This document shows positions 1 through 13,019 of a stretch of DNA of 64,000 bases, piece by piece. The stretch lies in contig NW_026782296.1 of assembly GCF_031769215.1 (NCBI RefSeq), positions 496,001 through 560,000 on the forward strand, written 5' to 3'. The notes under the pieces were generated by a model that was given only the letters and a program-made list of their open reading frames with translations, was not told the DNA's origin and ran no database searches. Within the stretch, counting starts at the first letter, position 1. Each line of letters opens with the position of its first letter. The translations under genes and the position numbers were made by a program. This DNA is from Ylistrum balloti (lineage: Eukaryota).

Positions 1-169
1 CTGTCTTGTAAAATGAAAATTTTTCCATATGAAAATTAATAAAGAAATATTACTTTTGAAATAAATATCGGAGGTTTCATCTTTTTAACAATTAAAATTT
101 ATAAATCTCCTGCATAATCTACAACTGTAACTAAATTTTAAATAAATTTACTACAGAAAGAACTTAAAA

Positions 170-620
170 ACAAGAGAACCTAGCAGGATTGTGGATCTCA
201 CCATAATTTGATCTATATTTGTTCTTAAAAAGTTGTATCTTTTCCGTTTGGTGATATAATCTATTACTGCCAAATCAAAGATGGTTACCAGTCGGCAACT
301 TTTTATTTTCTTATCAGTCTCAAAATGTAAAAGGCACAACTTGGGACCGAGGGAAACCTACAAATGAAATTTTGGAAAGATCCAACCACTACTCCTCGAG
401 AAATAAACAGCAATGAAAATCTTGCATATTCAATATCAAAGAAGGCTGCCTGTCAGCAATTTTATTTCCTAAACAATTCCAAAATGAAATAAAAAGAAAT
501 TTGAGAATGATTCATCAAACTATCACTGTGAAAATCCAAGATGCCTGAGTGAAATAGAAATTTATATAAAATTATTACAGAGGATCCAAAATCAATTAAG
601 TTGAAAACCACAGCAAAATT
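170..620 (-). mobile_element. Decayed bivalve non-autonomous Helentron/pearl-like (HINE-type) repeat
   Basis: Begins aacaagag...; contains motifs such as aagatggttaccagtcggcaac, gggaaacctacaaatgaaattttggaaagatcc and ggctgcctgtcagc repeated internally. These resemble the reverse orientation of the element type at 31368-32243. Family assigned from memory; boundaries approximate. Confidence 0.5.
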
Positions 621-1245
621 GGCCAGCCCAATTCTGAGATAGTGATGTGTGAAGTGTATGATTTTCACCTGTTCTACTACCATCTGAAGGGTGAATTGTG
701 CAGAATGGGACAATATAAGCTGTGACATCACAATTTCAACGAATGGTAGCAGCTGCTAAGGAAAAGGCGAGAATAACGATGCTATGCAATGTCAGATTGC
801 ATATGAATGGATTATAGTTTTGTGGGATTGGGTAATTCTGACGATAATTTAATGTTAGTTGTAAACACCCATTTGAAATTTGCCAGAATTTTCAGACAGT
901 TATCAATTTTAACATATTATTGTCCACCTTAGTTGGCTATCAAGTGGATAAAAATCAACCATGAATAATAAGCCCCGCCTCCTTGCAATTTTTTGCTATG
1001 AAAGTCCAAAGATGCACATCTTATCACAGGTACTAGTGGACTCAATATCAATAGCATCGCGTATATATTGGGGGAAATGGTGATTTCGAAATGATTACTG
1101 ATGATGACTGCTTGTATGTGATGCTTTTATGTAAAATTTGAGCATTTATGGACCGCTGTTAGGCTGATTCAGTGACGCCACAAGAAATATATGTAAATGT
1201 AGGCAGTGTTGACACTTTTCCGATAGACATGACTGTCATTTAAGG

Positions 1246-1285
1246 CAGGGACGTAGATAACAGGTAACTGTTATCTACGTCCCTG
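1246..1285. mobile_element. 40-bp perfect palindrome (18-bp TIRs, 4-nt spacer) with 7-bp target-site duplication; minimal hAT-like MITE
   Basis: cagggacgtagataacag-gtaa-ctgttatctacgtccctg, flanked by tttaagg at 1239-1245 and 1286-1292. CAGGG ends are typical of hAT TIRs. Confidence 0.65.
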
Positions 1286-2719
1286 TTTAAGGTGAGCAAA
1301 TTTGAGGTCATATATTTGTGAATATCTTTCAGAAAAATTCTGAATTTCACTGATCACTTCAATGCATAAATTTCGTAGCATGAACACATTTCAACACATT
1401 GTTTATTTGTCTAGTTGCAACTCGTCGACGTAGCATTGCTACCGAGATACGATTATTAAGGGTCCGAAACTAATGCGCCAAGGATATAAATACATTGAGT
1501 GGAACTCTTTAGTCTTTATTATAAGCTTGTCATAGTCAACCTGCAAGTATCAACAGTTATATCCTACAACATAAATGGACGACAAAAGTAATTACTGACT
1601 GGCATATGTGAGCCAGCCTTAATTTTGCCCTATATCAATATTCCGTTTACTTACTCTGTTTTCTATTTCATAGTCAATCGATTTCGGCATGGAGTTCATG
1701 TATGTGAAATACGTCATTGATTATGAGGGTGATTCCACGCTATTCGGGCTCATCTAATTTTAGCACGAAAACAATAAAAAGTCGCGAAAGGTTCCAGTTT
1801 TCCTAGAATTAGACGATAAAATGGGAATATCCCCTTTCGCAAAATAGGTCTGCATTTCCTCTACATTTGCAGCAAAACAACATTCCGTCCAATGGCTTTT
1901 GGGGTATGTATTTTTCACATGCGACCACGTGTTACAACAATTTTATCATATCTAGCAAAGGTCCGTTATTTTATACAATGATTGCACTGTACGTTATTTT
2001 CTGAGTGATTTTGAAAATAGCAACACCCAAAGCAGATCGCCGATAGTTATCTGTAAATAATTACGTTGTGTAAATACAACGATGTTATATATATAACCAA
2101 ATGTGGCACGTGTCTGGAAAAGTATGGTTAGTAAAAATGTGGTTGCGTCTATGGGCAAGACACTTTAGTTTTTACCCCGAAGGTACTAGTCAGAATTTGT
2201 GTAACATGATGTTAGCCTTTATTATATACATATTGTGAACGCTATAGACGCTCAGGACATGCTCAGGACATGCCTTCCGTATGTTGGTCAGTGAGGTAGG
2301 CCAAGCTGCTTTAAGGAGATCCCGTCTCAGAATAACCCTGTCTGTCTCAGAATAACCCTGTCTGTTCGTAGGCAATACACACACCCACACCCCACTCCTC
2401 CACTCCTATAAAATAACCACACACACAAGAAAAATGATGAAAGGAGCCATTGTTTTGATTGTAAGTTCATGCAAAAACAAGGAATACTCATAAATACTAC
2501 AGTACATGTTTTAATTTGTTATATGTATATAGCATTTTATTGATGGAATGTGTCTTGCAGTCGTTTAAGTTCTACCTTCTTGATAAAGTCTCAGTCATCA
2601 GCAAATCTGGATTTTTTACTGTTTTAATAATACTATACATGTATTGTAATTTTCGCACAGACTACATTAACAGATTAATTGAAAATTGCCAATGTCTTAG
2701 CTGAGGCTGGCATTGTCCC

Positions 2720-3075
2720 TCATCATGTTTTTCAACCCCTGGCTACACCTCCACTGAATAGTTCCATACATTTGTCTCTGTCTCATGCACTCCATTGACA
2801 ATGCTTTGTACTAATCTTCATCCTCTCATGGGCTCACATCATCTTTCCTTACATTGAACTTTCATCTCTGTGACAGCAACCTTTCTTGTTCTTGGAAATA
2901 TAAATTTTTGGTCAAGATGTATGCCAGCTTCCAATCTCCTACCTGGTCTAGGATCGCAAAAGCTGTTTCCTCTGATCTGGATGTCACTGTCTCATCTGGT
3001 TCCTCCTTTACAAAACAGATCTGATCATGTGTTTGTTTTGACTTTGGTTGAATAACCTTGTTCTTTTGCTCCCTT
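2720..3075 (-). mobile_element. Decayed fragment of a non-LTR retrotransposon restriction-like endonuclease region (HERO/NeSL/R2-like)
   Basis: Minus-strand translation DQICFVKEEP...ILDQVGDWKLAYILTKNLYF, then frameshifted FP..KVAVTEMK, resembles the FVKxGE...DWxLxVDL...FP...AxTxLRPD segment of RLE-clade elements. Several stops and frameshifts. Confidence 0.4.
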
Positions 3076-3998
3076 TAAAATGATAGTTGCCAGCTTCCTT
3101 AAAACTTAGTTGTGGTATCTCCTCTGTGATTTTGCTGTAAGGTTCCTATCTGTCCACACATATGCAAGGGGCAATCTGGTATTTCTAGGAGGTTCCATCT
3201 ATGTTGTGTGTAGTGTATCATACAAAGACCAAAGGGGAAACTGCAGTTGGAATTGAGGGTACATTATTCAAAAGTCAGTAAAATTGTATAGGTTGTATTT
3301 AGAGTTTGAACTTCAGATGTAAGGATATGTATTACAGTACATGTATCTATCTGGCAATAAGCCTACAGGGGCACCCATAGATAATGCTTTGAAGTAAGAT
3401 TATAAATAATTGCTGTTATGAGCCTAACCCTTAACTGATTTAGAAGTGATTTGTTTGGCCCCTTAGACTTATTGTAAAATAAAGATAATGGTGTAAAGTG
3501 TCAGTCTTTTTTTTTGTCTTTACATGTTTTGGACATTTGCATGCAATACTAACTGTAAGCTTGTTTAGCATAACAAAAAAATTAAGAGAAATGAAGAAAA
3601 AGAAACAATGTTCATAGGTTTCATATTCATTCTCTCACATTTTTAATTAGTATTTGTTGTTACACGTATAGTTACCTGTTCAATAAATGATGCCAAAGTT
3701 TGACTTTTACCAATTAAATAAGAGAAAAATGTTCAATAAAATTTCACTGGGGAAGAAAAAAACAAAAATCAAGTTGGATCATATATATTTGTTCATTTTA
3801 TATGAGATTTTATGAAACAAATCTTGGAAGCTTTTGTATTTGTGACCTTTGATGAGCAAAAGTAAAACTTCAAGATGAGTGTCATCAATCTCCTTTGAAA
3901 TGAAAACAAATGACTTTTGATATCTTTTATCACAAAGCCAGAAAAGTTACATTTTGGGAGGTGTAAAGTAAAAATGTGAAGGACAGAATCGAGTGGAA

Positions 3999-4307
3999 GC
4001 AGCCATTTTGGTTCACCATTATCAATTCATGATGTAACATCATTGTGCATATCATGACATCATAGTTGTTTTCTGACTGGAGCTGCTAAAGACAAATATT
4101 CCTGAGTATAGCGACATAAACAAAAATATTACATAGGTGAAATCACTGGATGACAGGAAGATTATATACCGGTAATACATTTTTTTTTTGGTTCCAAATT
4201 TTGTTGTGTTCAGCTCATCAAGATGAGAATTGGTGGAATTGATAACTACTGTAAGACAATTTCTAAGGTGATGTAATAAAAAGTTACATTGTCACCAAAA
4301 TGGCTGC
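3999..4307. repeat. 13-bp inverted repeat pair, probably internal to a MITE-like DNA element
   Basis: gcagccattttgg (3999-4011) is the reverse complement of ccaaaatggctgc (4295-4307). Confidence 0.4.
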
Positions 4308-6810
4308 CAAATGGAGGCTTATGATTAGTCAAAATTTAGATATTTTTCAATTTTCGTGAGAGTGATGTCCCTTTTCTGATTCTGACTGAAGGGGTAGACT
4401 GGCAGACTTATGTAATAGATCCTGTTACAATTAATACTTCTGTCTTCTCTGTCTTGCTCTTTTTTCTGTTAATTCTCCTGTCTTGGTACATTTACCTGTC
4501 CTCGTATGAACAGGGTGATGCATTACAAATACCTTAAACCATGTTAGAAAATAAATTATTTAATAGAAAATATTTGGTTCCAAATCCTGATTTGAAAAAT
4601 GCTCTGGGTATTTTAAGTAAAATTATCATGAATGACTTTTGAAATTATCAAGAGTAAAACAAACAAAAAAAAGTCATCTAATTCAAACCAAGGAAACAAA
4701 ATGTAGTTGAGATAAATTGGATCCATTTCTAAGGTCAAGTGTAGTCAAGTGGAAAATACAATAATTAACTTGTTTGAATTCAATATAAGTATCATTGTTA
4801 TAAATGATAAAACATCATTTATTTGTTAATTGATTTTCACCAAAAGCCTTTCTGTGATTTCTGTCATTATGACAGTGAGTTATGACACAGTTGGTGAGTC
4901 ATTCATATTGTCCCTCCGTCATTATATCTATGAAATCTTGTTTCCATTCCTGATCTGCACCAGAACTCTGAAGAACAATATTTTTAATCTCGTCCTCCCC
5001 ATCCTGCAGTCTTCCCATGTAATATTAGCATTTGTGCATGCTCAAGACTGTGTAGTTTAGGTGGCCAATATTGGTTTGCCTATTTCTTTGATACCTGAAA
5101 TCAGTACAAAGCATGTTTATCTGGTCATCATCACAAACCAGAACAGTAGTTATATATTATAAGCACGTTGGAGACTTCTCAACAAGCCTTTCCCAACATC
5201 ACAAGACCACTGAATTACAATTATTATTTATGTGTATACCTTGAAATATATAGCATACTGACTTCATTTATTAAATGTAGATGCACTACAATCTGAATTC
5301 CCTTAACTCCTTTCATTGTAACCCAGACTTAGGTTAAAGTTAAATAGTTATCACTTTGTCTGTGTATGCATGCAGACTGAAAAATTTTTTACTTCAGTCT
5401 TTCGTAATTAACTAAATTTCTAATTATATTCACTTTATTAATTAAGAGTGCAATAAGATTTTACAGTAGAATATTTCAAATTGAGCTGAATTAAAAAGAA
5501 AAGAAAAATATTGTGTTATAAGGTATATAATTGAAATACAGTTAAGGTTGGAGTTTATTTCTCAGTTAAAACAATTTCTTTGTAAAAACTTTCTTGTTTT
5601 AAAACATATTTCCAAGGAACAGTGTATTGTAACATGGTAATGTAAACTTTGTAAGTACTGAAGTAATCCTGAATACTAGGTGGTCCAGTGTGTTTAAAGT
5701 TCTGTGTTTAAAGTTCTGTGTGATTCATGTAACTGGCTATTTACTACCTACTCTAATTTTAGTCCTTCTTATTTTTGGCTTAGGGGAATGTAGGTACATG
5801 TATGTAAAATTGCTTATGTCAGTTGAGATAGGACTTAGCTAAAAGTTTCACTACTGATGATGTCCAGTGATGACAGTCTCCGCTGGGCAGAGACAGTTAC
5901 AGTAGTACTGTTAATGTCCAGTGATGACGTCTGCTCACGGCTGACAGTTTTTGTGTTTACAAGGTGGAGTGTAGGACTGCAGGAACACGTTATCATTTAT
6001 CATTACAGCTTGCTAAGATGTTACAGGTGTCGGGATGTTGCTGGGCGAAGTTCAGGCCCTGGAGAAACATCTTGATGATACTGACACATATTATTATACC
6101 TCCCATATTACACCTTAGATAAGGCCACAATATAATAAATTCTTGGTTAATGTGGTCAAAGGTTTGATGATGCTCTTCATAACAAATATTGTTTGGTAAT
6201 AGTGTTAGCCTCATCTATCATATATTAATCCCCAAATTTTAAAATGATAATGCTATCAAATGCAATCAATTACATTTTAATGTAATACATTTTTAAAATA
6301 ATAGCTGTGTAGTGTCTAATTGATTAATTCTAAAATAAGATAAATCATTATAGAATCTCTCAAAATAAATAACCTCTGGGTACTGTTGGTACATTATTCT
6401 ATTTCAAGGCCTTGCTTTATATAATGTAACAAATAAGTAAAAATGGATTAATGAAATGTACCTGTAAAATAAAGGAATGTGGAGAAAAAAAGATAATTTT
6501 CATGGTTTATCATAAATAGTATTAGATTTATAAGCAACAGCATGTAGTTTATTATTCCAAAGTTGAGTTTGAAATATATATATTGGCAATTATAGTGTAT
6601 ATCCATGTGGGCATCAAATTACATTGTTTCTAAAAGCAGATCTGTGTTATGTGCGTGGCCTGATACAGGAGTGCTCTCTACATTTACAACCTGTTGGCCT
6701 GTGGCTATGAGTGTTCACTTCTGAAGCTTTGTGTCTGATGTTTGAATTCCCTTTAACTGATGTCATCCATGTTTACATGAGAAAGACATACTTTATTACC
6801 ACTCGATGCA

Positions 6811-6825
6811 GTTCTAGAAGGTTCA
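6811..6825 (+). promoter_or_regulatory. Perfect heat-shock element (HSF site), three inverted nGAAn units
   Basis: gTTCtaGAAggTTCa, 20 bp upstream of the TATA box of the sHSP gene. Confidence 0.85.
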
Positions 6826-6845
6826 GGCACAAGTTTTAGCTTTGC

Positions 6846-6853
6846 TATATAAA
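6846..6853 (+). promoter_or_regulatory. TATA box of the sHSP gene
   Basis: TATATAAA between the HSE and the ATG, 118 bp upstream of the start codon. Confidence 0.75.
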
Positions 6854-6915
6854 CACAGTGCTGCACTGCTAGAACCATAGCTGTATACACTTGTTGGTAC
6901 TTATTTTCAAAGACA

Positions 6916-6930
6916 CTTCAAGAACTTTCC
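6916..6930 (+). promoter_or_regulatory. Second perfect heat-shock element, in the presumed 5' UTR
   Basis: cTTCaaGAActTTCc, downstream of the TATA box. Confidence 0.65.
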
Positions 6931-6970
6931 TGTTGTAACCGGAGTTGTGACGTGATCAGGAACATTAAAA

Positions 6971-7642
6971 ATGTCGATGGTCAGACATATACCAGTGCGT
7001 TGGGAATCAGATTACTGGTCTAGGCCTTACATGTTTCCCAACTCCACGCTTTCATCCAGTTCAGGATTTCCTTCTCATCCTCCTCCAAGCTACCCTATGC
7101 CATTGTCACCAGTTTGGACCTCTTCTGGATTAAATGAATCAACCTTCCCTTTGGAAAATCCCAGTCGCAGATGGAATTTCCAGGAAGATAGTAACCAGAT
7201 GTCTAACATAAACCAGGAAATGAAACGGATGAGTACTGAAATGAATCGTATGATGCAAAATATGCATAGTCAATTTCCAGTACCATCTACTGTAGATGAC
7301 TGGAGACTGACGGAAAACTTTCGCATGGACAACCCTATCAGGGAAGATCATGATGGTGCTCGTAAATTTCACCTGCAGTTTGATGTCCGACAATTTAAAC
7401 CAGAGGAAATTACTGTTAAAACAAATGGAAACCAACTCACTGTGCAGGCAAAACACGAGGAAAATGATGGAGGGAAAAATGTTCATCGGGAATATTGTCG
7501 CCAGTATGTCATTCCCCGGGAAGTCAATCCAGAACATCTTATTTCAAAGTTGAGCACTGGAGGTATGCTGACGATTGAGGCCCCTCTTCCTGCTCTGCAA
7601 GGACCACGGGACAAAATGATTCCCATTGAGCACAAAAAGTAA
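6971..7642 (+). CDS. Small heat-shock protein (HSP20/alpha-crystallin family), intronless, 223 aa
   Basis: C-terminal alpha-crystallin domain (FHLQFDVRQFKPEEITVK...HREYCRQYVIP...LSTGGMLTIEAP) and C-terminal IPI motif; HSE and TATA promoter. Confidence 0.93.
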   Translation: MSMVRHIPVRWESDYWSRPYMFPNSTLSSSSGFPSHPPPSYPMPLSPVWTSSGLNESTFPLENPSRRWNFQEDSNQMSNINQEMKRMSTEMNRMMQNMHSQFPVPSTVDDWRLTENFRMDNPIREDHDGARKFHLQFDVRQFKPEEITVKTNGNQLTVQAKHEENDGGKNVHREYCRQYVIPREVNPEHLISKLSTGGMLTIEAPLPALQGPRDKMIPIEHKK

Positions 7643-8088
7643 ACATGTCAAGATTGTGTCGAGTACATTTTAATTTCAGTGTTAATGACTTAACAGTGCC
7701 ACTGCAACTGAATTCATTAATTTTCTTATCAGCTTATCATTACAAAATCATAGTATTTATTATTTAAGCTAAATGTTGTCTCTGTTTACCTGGTATATTA
7801 TAGATAGTGGAGTATAATGCATTACTGTATCATCTTGTGGTTTTAATTTGTGTCCATTTATTCATTTACCATTTTTGTGTTTTTATAATTTTTAGTACTG
7901 AATTTAACTACTGAACAAAAACATTGAAATTATAACATTTCCATTAGATTATAACCTTTTAAGTGTTCAAAATAGGAATGATAGTGCATTATATTGTAAG
8001 GATATAATTGTTAAAAATATATTTATATGATGATTTAATTGCCAAAGATAAAAAATCCAGGTACATTTATGATAATTAAATTGGTATA

Positions 8089-8132
8089 GGGGGGGGGGGG
8101 GGGGGGGGGGGGGGATAAAAAAAAAAAAAAAA
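8089..8132 (+). repeat. G26 homopolymer followed by A16
   Basis: Direct reading. A similar C15-A12 run lies at 17828-17854. Confidence 0.9.
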
Positions 8133-10589
8133 CATAAACCCATGTATTTGATTTTATTACCTGCTACTGAAATATGTTCATCTTGTGGAAATTTTTGCCA
8201 TGGTTGTAAATGCATTATGTGATTGAATATTGCAGTACTTGACCAAAATAGTTATATTTGTAAACATGTTGATATTTTTTGTTTACTAGTTTTCTTTATA
8301 GTATCTGTTAAGTTTCATGCAGAAGTGTACTCGACATGAATTTATGTATACACCTAAATTCATCGTGTTGGAATGTGGTCGATTTTTACTGCTACTGCCT
8401 AAAGGCCATTCTATTTCTCAGATGCGGTGAAGGTATTTAAAAGTCTTAAATTTGGAAGCTGTTCAATTAAAAAATGTGCATTTTGAAGCTGCAGTGCACA
8501 AAAATAGGATAGGATTGGAATACCAGAATGATAATTACATGTATCTAGTAGGCTGGATTCCAAGATAACTTTTTGGCGATGATTTTAGAGTTTGGTGATT
8601 GCAGATGAGGCACCTCTGCGTTTTATATTGAATTATTTTCACAAGTGGCTGTAGATAATTTTACTTGTGTGAAGAAACAGGTTTGACAAAAAAACACTTA
8701 TATTTGAATTTTCATGTTGTTCCAGTAATATTTAATGATTAAGGTCACATATAAATCTTCAAGTCTTAATTTTTGCTGACAATATACATGTGATTAGAAT
8801 CAGTTTACAATATGAGTTCTTTTCCTGAAAAAAATTGTCAAGGTTTTAAAAAGTGAAGTTCCAGAAAGAGAATTGTGGTGCTATTAAATAAATCATACTC
8901 AATTTTTAACTTGTACATGTGAGACATATATTTTATTTTCATTCATTTGTAATGAATTCAGTTTCTAAATGTTCTGTAACGATGATCCAAGCATAGTTAA
9001 CGTGATCTATTTAAACTCTCTGTACATGTGATGTTTAGTGGTATAATAGCATATCCTACGTAAATGTATGTAAATATAAGTTTTCGGTATACAGAGTATT
9101 TTATCCAGTCTGATTATCTTGTATTCATAAGTTGATATTATGTGTTTATGTTTTACATGGATATTACATGTATGTAAAATAAAATTGCTTCATTCATAAT
9201 ATACACTTGGTTGTTAATTCGGTCTTCTGTCTTGTGACACAGTGTTATTGTGTAAAGTATGTTTGTCAGGAGACGCAGTGTAAATGTCTGGAGGCAGAGT
9301 CTGTCTGCTTTTCTACCTACTGTATCTGTAGGAAAATCAGTTTTGTCTAGGTCATACATTTATCATATAACTATATGCCAGGAGCTTTATATATTCCCGC
9401 ATAAAACAAAGACCATAGAATTACTGACATAGAATAAATTTTCATTTGATTGACTTGTGTATTTTGTGTAGTAGGGACATTAGGAAGTATTTATAAGACA
9501 CAAAATTTGGTGGTAGTTCCAAATATCTCGGCATGATTGTTTTCTAGGTTTGTCTGCTGTGAGCTAATATTGAGTGGAGTTGTCACATGCTTTTCAGAGA
9601 AAATCTGGTAAATTGTCAACCAAGACAGCACAAAACAGTCGATGTACTTACATTCCTAATATTACTTCCTTATAAACACAAGATGGTCAATTACAACAAG
9701 TCATCAATTGTCTACTAAAGCTGGCTTTCTAATGTTGTTAATCATAAAATTTGCTGACTGTTTTCATTGTTTATAGAACGTGAGTGCGTTCATTGTTTAT
9801 AGAACGCGAGTACTCTTTCATGGTATTGAAATGTTTTCTTTCACTATTTATAACTTAACCCTAAAATGCCTCACTTACCAAGAATTATCATGAATTCAGG
9901 ATCTGAGATTTTATGAAATGAGTCTTAAAACTTTTTATTCTTGGGAGTTCAAATGGCAAACAAAAATGAAAACTTTGATAGGTGTTTGATAAATTCTTTA
10001 ATTAAAATAAAAACAGATTTAAAACGCTTTTTACCACATAACTCAGAAAAGTTACATTTAGACAGGTTTTAAAGTCAAAATATAGAGACCCAAGTTACAT
10101 AGACTTGATGTCATTATTCATGTCATGATGTCAAAGTGGATTTCTGACTGGTCCAACCAATGGAAAACACTACAGGGTATAGTACACTAGGCATAACATC
10201 CCTCAATGTCTAAATCGTTTCATTCCTGATAAACCTTTTGTGGATACAAATGTATACAAGAGGGCTGATCCATTTAATAAAGGTGAGAGGAGTTAGTCCA
10301 ACACAAGAGCTTTTTCTTTTTATGCAAATTTAATGACAGTGAAGTTTACATGACTCAAGGGCCAAAAAATAAGTTTTTTTATTGTATCCAATTAACATTA
10401 TATCATTGTCGATAATTCATAAGTTACTAGTGATTGACTAAACATGGAATTACTAGATAATTTATGATGTAGAGGTTAATATTTTCAATGCTTCTGCTAA
10501 AAATACATTCCTCCTCCAAGAAAAACTCATTTCCTGAAGGTTTTATGTCTACATTCAGGGCATTGAAGATGTAAATATTAGGTCTCCTT

Positions 10590-11259
10590 AGACAAAGTCT
10601 CAAGTGGCCTTTAGTTGCCTTTTGTCTGTTGTTATGCAACGTCCGTCATCATCCATAAACGATTGACATTTTTAACTTCTTAAAAATTCACGAACCAATT
10701 TAAATGAAATCAACAGAAACCTTTCAAGGCTAAAGAAGAACCAAAACTATGAGTCTCTGGGGCCACCCACGAGGGACATAAGGGGCTGGGCTGAAAGGGT
10801 CAAAATGCTTCATATTTAAAAAATGTTCCTCTCAAGGTCCAAATATAGCAATATTAAATACTCTTTATGGATGGAAGGACCTTAAAGTGCTTTAATTTAT
10901 CAATATATCTGAAAGTTAGTGGCTCCTAGGTATTAATCGGTGAGGCCAAAAGGGATGAAAATGATGACAAATTTAATTAATATTCTATTTTTCTCAACAC
11001 CCAGATATGGTCAAATCAGTTCTATTCTTGGAAGGTTTTGTGTTGCTTTACCAATATGAATTTGATATCTCAAGGGTGTCACATTTCTGCCTGGGGAGAG
11101 GGTAAAATTTACTCTAGTTTATACAGAAAAATAACACTTCTGAGCATAATTTCTTTTTGTTAAAATTTGGTTTGAAGTTAGGCAGTTTCTGTTTGCATTA
11201 CATGAAAATTGTAAAATGCTACAACTGGAGTGACGGTTAGGCCCTTTATTCTCTTGTTA
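10590..11259 (+). mobile_element. Decayed HINE/pearl-like non-autonomous element
   Basis: gtccgtc microsatellite-like start region and 3' terminus aggccctttattctcttgtt, similar to gggcctcttatt at the end of the 31368-32243 copy. Confidence 0.55.
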
Positions 11260-11723
11260 AACACCTCTACTAGGGATCAAACCCTGAGCACCTCTGCTTT
11301 ACGAGACTAACTTTATGCTGAGAGAGCTGAAGAGAAAATTCTGATTTAAACTGAGCTGGTAGGCCCTTTATTTTCTTGTTAAACACCTCCTAGGGATCAA
11401 ACCCTGAGCACCTCTGCTTTACGAGGCTAACTTTATGCTGAGAGAGCTGAAGAGAAAATTCTGATTTAAACTGAGCTGGTAGGCCCTTTATTTTCTTGTT
11501 AAACACCTCTACTAGGGATCAAACCCTGAGCACCTCTGCTTTACGAGGCTAACTTTATGCTGAGAGAGCTGAAGAGAAAATTCTGATTTAAACTGAGCTG
11601 GTAGGCCCTTTATTTTCTTGTTAAACACCTCTACTAGGGATCAAACCCTGAGCACCTCTGCTTTACGAGACTAACTTTATGCTGAGAGAGATGAAGAGAA
11701 AATTCTGATTTAAACTGAGCTGG
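11238..11723. repeat. Tandem repeat, 4 copies of a 120-122 bp unit (element terminus plus tRNA-like segment)
   Basis: tagggatc recurs at 11271, 11391, 11513 and 11635; units are nearly identical. Confidence 0.95.
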
Positions 11724-13019
11724 TATGTAAAGGAACTTATATTTTGCCAGGGTAAAATTGATAAACTGTTTCATCACACATTAGTTCAAAGTATCTAGAT
11801 CTTTGCACAGATAAAAAAACTGAGATTGAAAAGTAACAACAACTGTGCATGTCACACTGTACAATTAATATACATTGTAAGGTTATTGGACTTACTTCCC
11901 GGTAGATTTATTATATCAAAGATTTAAACACATTTATATGTATCCTGTAATACCGTCACAAACACTTGACTCTTCACCTTAGTCAAGAGGTGACCTTTTT
12001 ACAGAACAATGAAATAGCATATATTTTTAAGTTTTACCAAACAATATGAATGGACATAGATTTATTACCAGGCAAAAGCTTATCATTTAATAAGTACAGA
12101 ATATACAGCTTTCTCCTGAAAACATTTTGATTTAGAATCAATCTTTTAATTGTGCTTTGACAAGCAAATATTTTTTGGTGGTTCTCACCATACTTTTTGT
12201 TTTTGAAATATTTTAGATTAGACTATCTTAAATCTGTTAGGTACTTTTACCTCATTGGATCTTTAGTATTCCTTCAGTGTTGTTAGTAATAGACATGAAT
12301 TATACTTAACTTCTGTAGATTTCTGTAAGTTTATATATTATCTAACAGTCAGAGGATCTATATGTTTGACAATTATCTTCATATTGCTGACGATATGATC
12401 ATTTAATACTAAGCAAATTTAACAGAATGGTAAGGGTATCCCCATTCTCATTACAATAGGTTGTCAAGCTGATTCTGTTGTGAATCAGTGATCAATAGTG
12501 ATAATTCCAGTGATGGGTTCTCAGCTTTTAAACACATGATTTGAGAAATTGAGATACATGTTTAAATCTGTGCATATGAATGAAAAAAATGCTTGAAATT
12601 GGTACATTTATAAGTGATTTAATTCATACTTAAAATTATTTTTAATTTCAATTTTCTTGTAACTTGCATCATACTGAAGTATTGCTGTTAGATTTGCACC
12701 AGAGATGACCTTCATCATAAGGATATCTCCATTGCCTCTAAGTGATTTCAACCAGACGAGTGTTGGTCTATGCTACTGCAGTTTCGTGCGAGAGGAAAAG
12801 CACGATAGGTTGTTGTGACTTATCCTTTCCACTTAACATATTTTGTGCTTTCTATCATATACATGGCAACTGTTCTACATTTCAACAGAATTACCTGTCA
12901 TGAGTAATGGTCTGTGGTAATAGTTTATATTTGACTTTAATATAACTGTACATTTCCTACTTTTCACTTGTTAATTTTAGAATTCTGACATATGTAGGTA
13001 TTGATTTTAATGTTTTCAG

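Noticed and set aside
5860-5945. Possible C/D-box snoRNA (gtgatga ... ctga)
   Set aside because: Better explained by a local ~54-bp duplication; no recognisable rRNA guide or terminal stem.
8089-8132. G26 tract as a functional G-quadruplex
   Set aside because: Homopolymer runs are common and error-prone in such assemblies, and there is no supporting context.
12784-12812. Hammerhead ribozyme on the minus strand (stem followed by GAAA)
   Set aside because: The CTGANGA core is absent.
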